Position numbers and translations under genes: made by a program. The notes beneath the pieces were generated by a model. That model worked only from the letters and a program-made list of their open reading frames with translations. It did no database searches and was not told where the DNA came from. Positions 63,814 to 64,000 of a stretch of DNA of 64,000 nt are shown in pieces; position 1 is the first letter of the stretch, and the number at the start of each line of letters is the position of its first letter. This stretch comes from a virus (lineage: Duplodnaviria > Caudoviricetes), in IMG/VR virus record IMGVR_UViG_3300042445_001485; one strand, given 5' to 3'.

Positions 63814-64000
63814 TGGGCAACATGTTCTACTGTGGTTTCTTCCATGGTGCGTCTATGTCCGGCTGACTTTAATTGAAACATAAGTGCATCATGTTCGTCG
63901 TCAAATGTAAAGTCCATGAATTCTGCTGTGGGGTGAAACTGCATACGTTCGCCGGGTAGGCCAAATGTTTCTACACACCAGGCCAACAGCTCATTCCATG
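63804..64000 (-). CDS. Hypothetical protein (partial, start outside the window)
   Basis: Frame stays open to the window edge (WNELLAWCVETFG...). Confidence 0.6.
   Translation of the reverse strand, partial: WNELLAWCVETFGLPGERMQFHPTAEFMDFTFDDEHDALMFQLKSAGHRRTMEETTVEHVAQWL

Noticed and set aside
1-64000. Stop-codon reassignment as in some large phages
   Set aside because: Conserved genes (polB, clpA, galE, GH19) are full length in code 11, and TAA, TAG and TGA all end genes.
1-64000. tRNA, rRNA or tmRNA genes
   Set aside because: Intergenic gaps are short and none shows a T-loop GTTCRA with a cloverleaf. A GTTCGAA near 16893 lies inside a CDS.

Overview
This 64 kb window is a gene-dense, almost entirely minus-strand segment of a large T4-like (myovirus-type) bacteriophage genome, roughly 40% GC by eye and using the standard genetic code. 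The host is probably an aquatic proteobacterium (inference from sigma70-type early promoters, a Bug/TctC protein and ADP-heptose genes). Left to right it contains: (1) a sugar-nucleotide/ADP-heptose cluster with an Hc1 histone-like gene and ahpD/ahpC; (2) a putative 7-deazaguanine DNA-modification block (TGT/DpdA-like, QueD-like, GT-B glycosyltransferase, sulfotransferase) joined to the replication genes (sliding clamp, SAM methyltransferase, family B DNA polymerase, DsbA-like protein); (3) a PP-loop enzyme, a fatty-acid desaturase and dps; (4) a late island of probable capsid-internal proteins, including a 1245-aa polyprotein-like ORF divided by 11 copies of a 17-bp in-frame repeat (consensus CAAGGTGTGGCGGAAGG, QG[VM][AE]EG); (5) ClpA, DnaJ and a lysis cassette (holin-like proteins, spanins, GH19 endolysin); (6) a Bug/sulfotransferase-like/methyltransferase module, phoH and an HAD nucleotidase; (7) small early genes, clamp loader, fused CoA-transferase, GroES-like protein and a stand-alone DnaE fragment; (8) baseplate and fibre genes; (9) erpA, sod, infA, two 2OG-Fe(II)-like oxygenases and a quinone oxidoreductase. 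No tRNA, rRNA, CRISPR array, integrase, intein or intron was seen. The strongest novelty candidates are the repeat-punctuated, probably protease-processed cargo polyprotein with capsid-targeted enzymes, and the DpdA/QueD-like/glycosyltransferase/sulfotransferase modification block. All family assignments come from motif recognition, not database searches.
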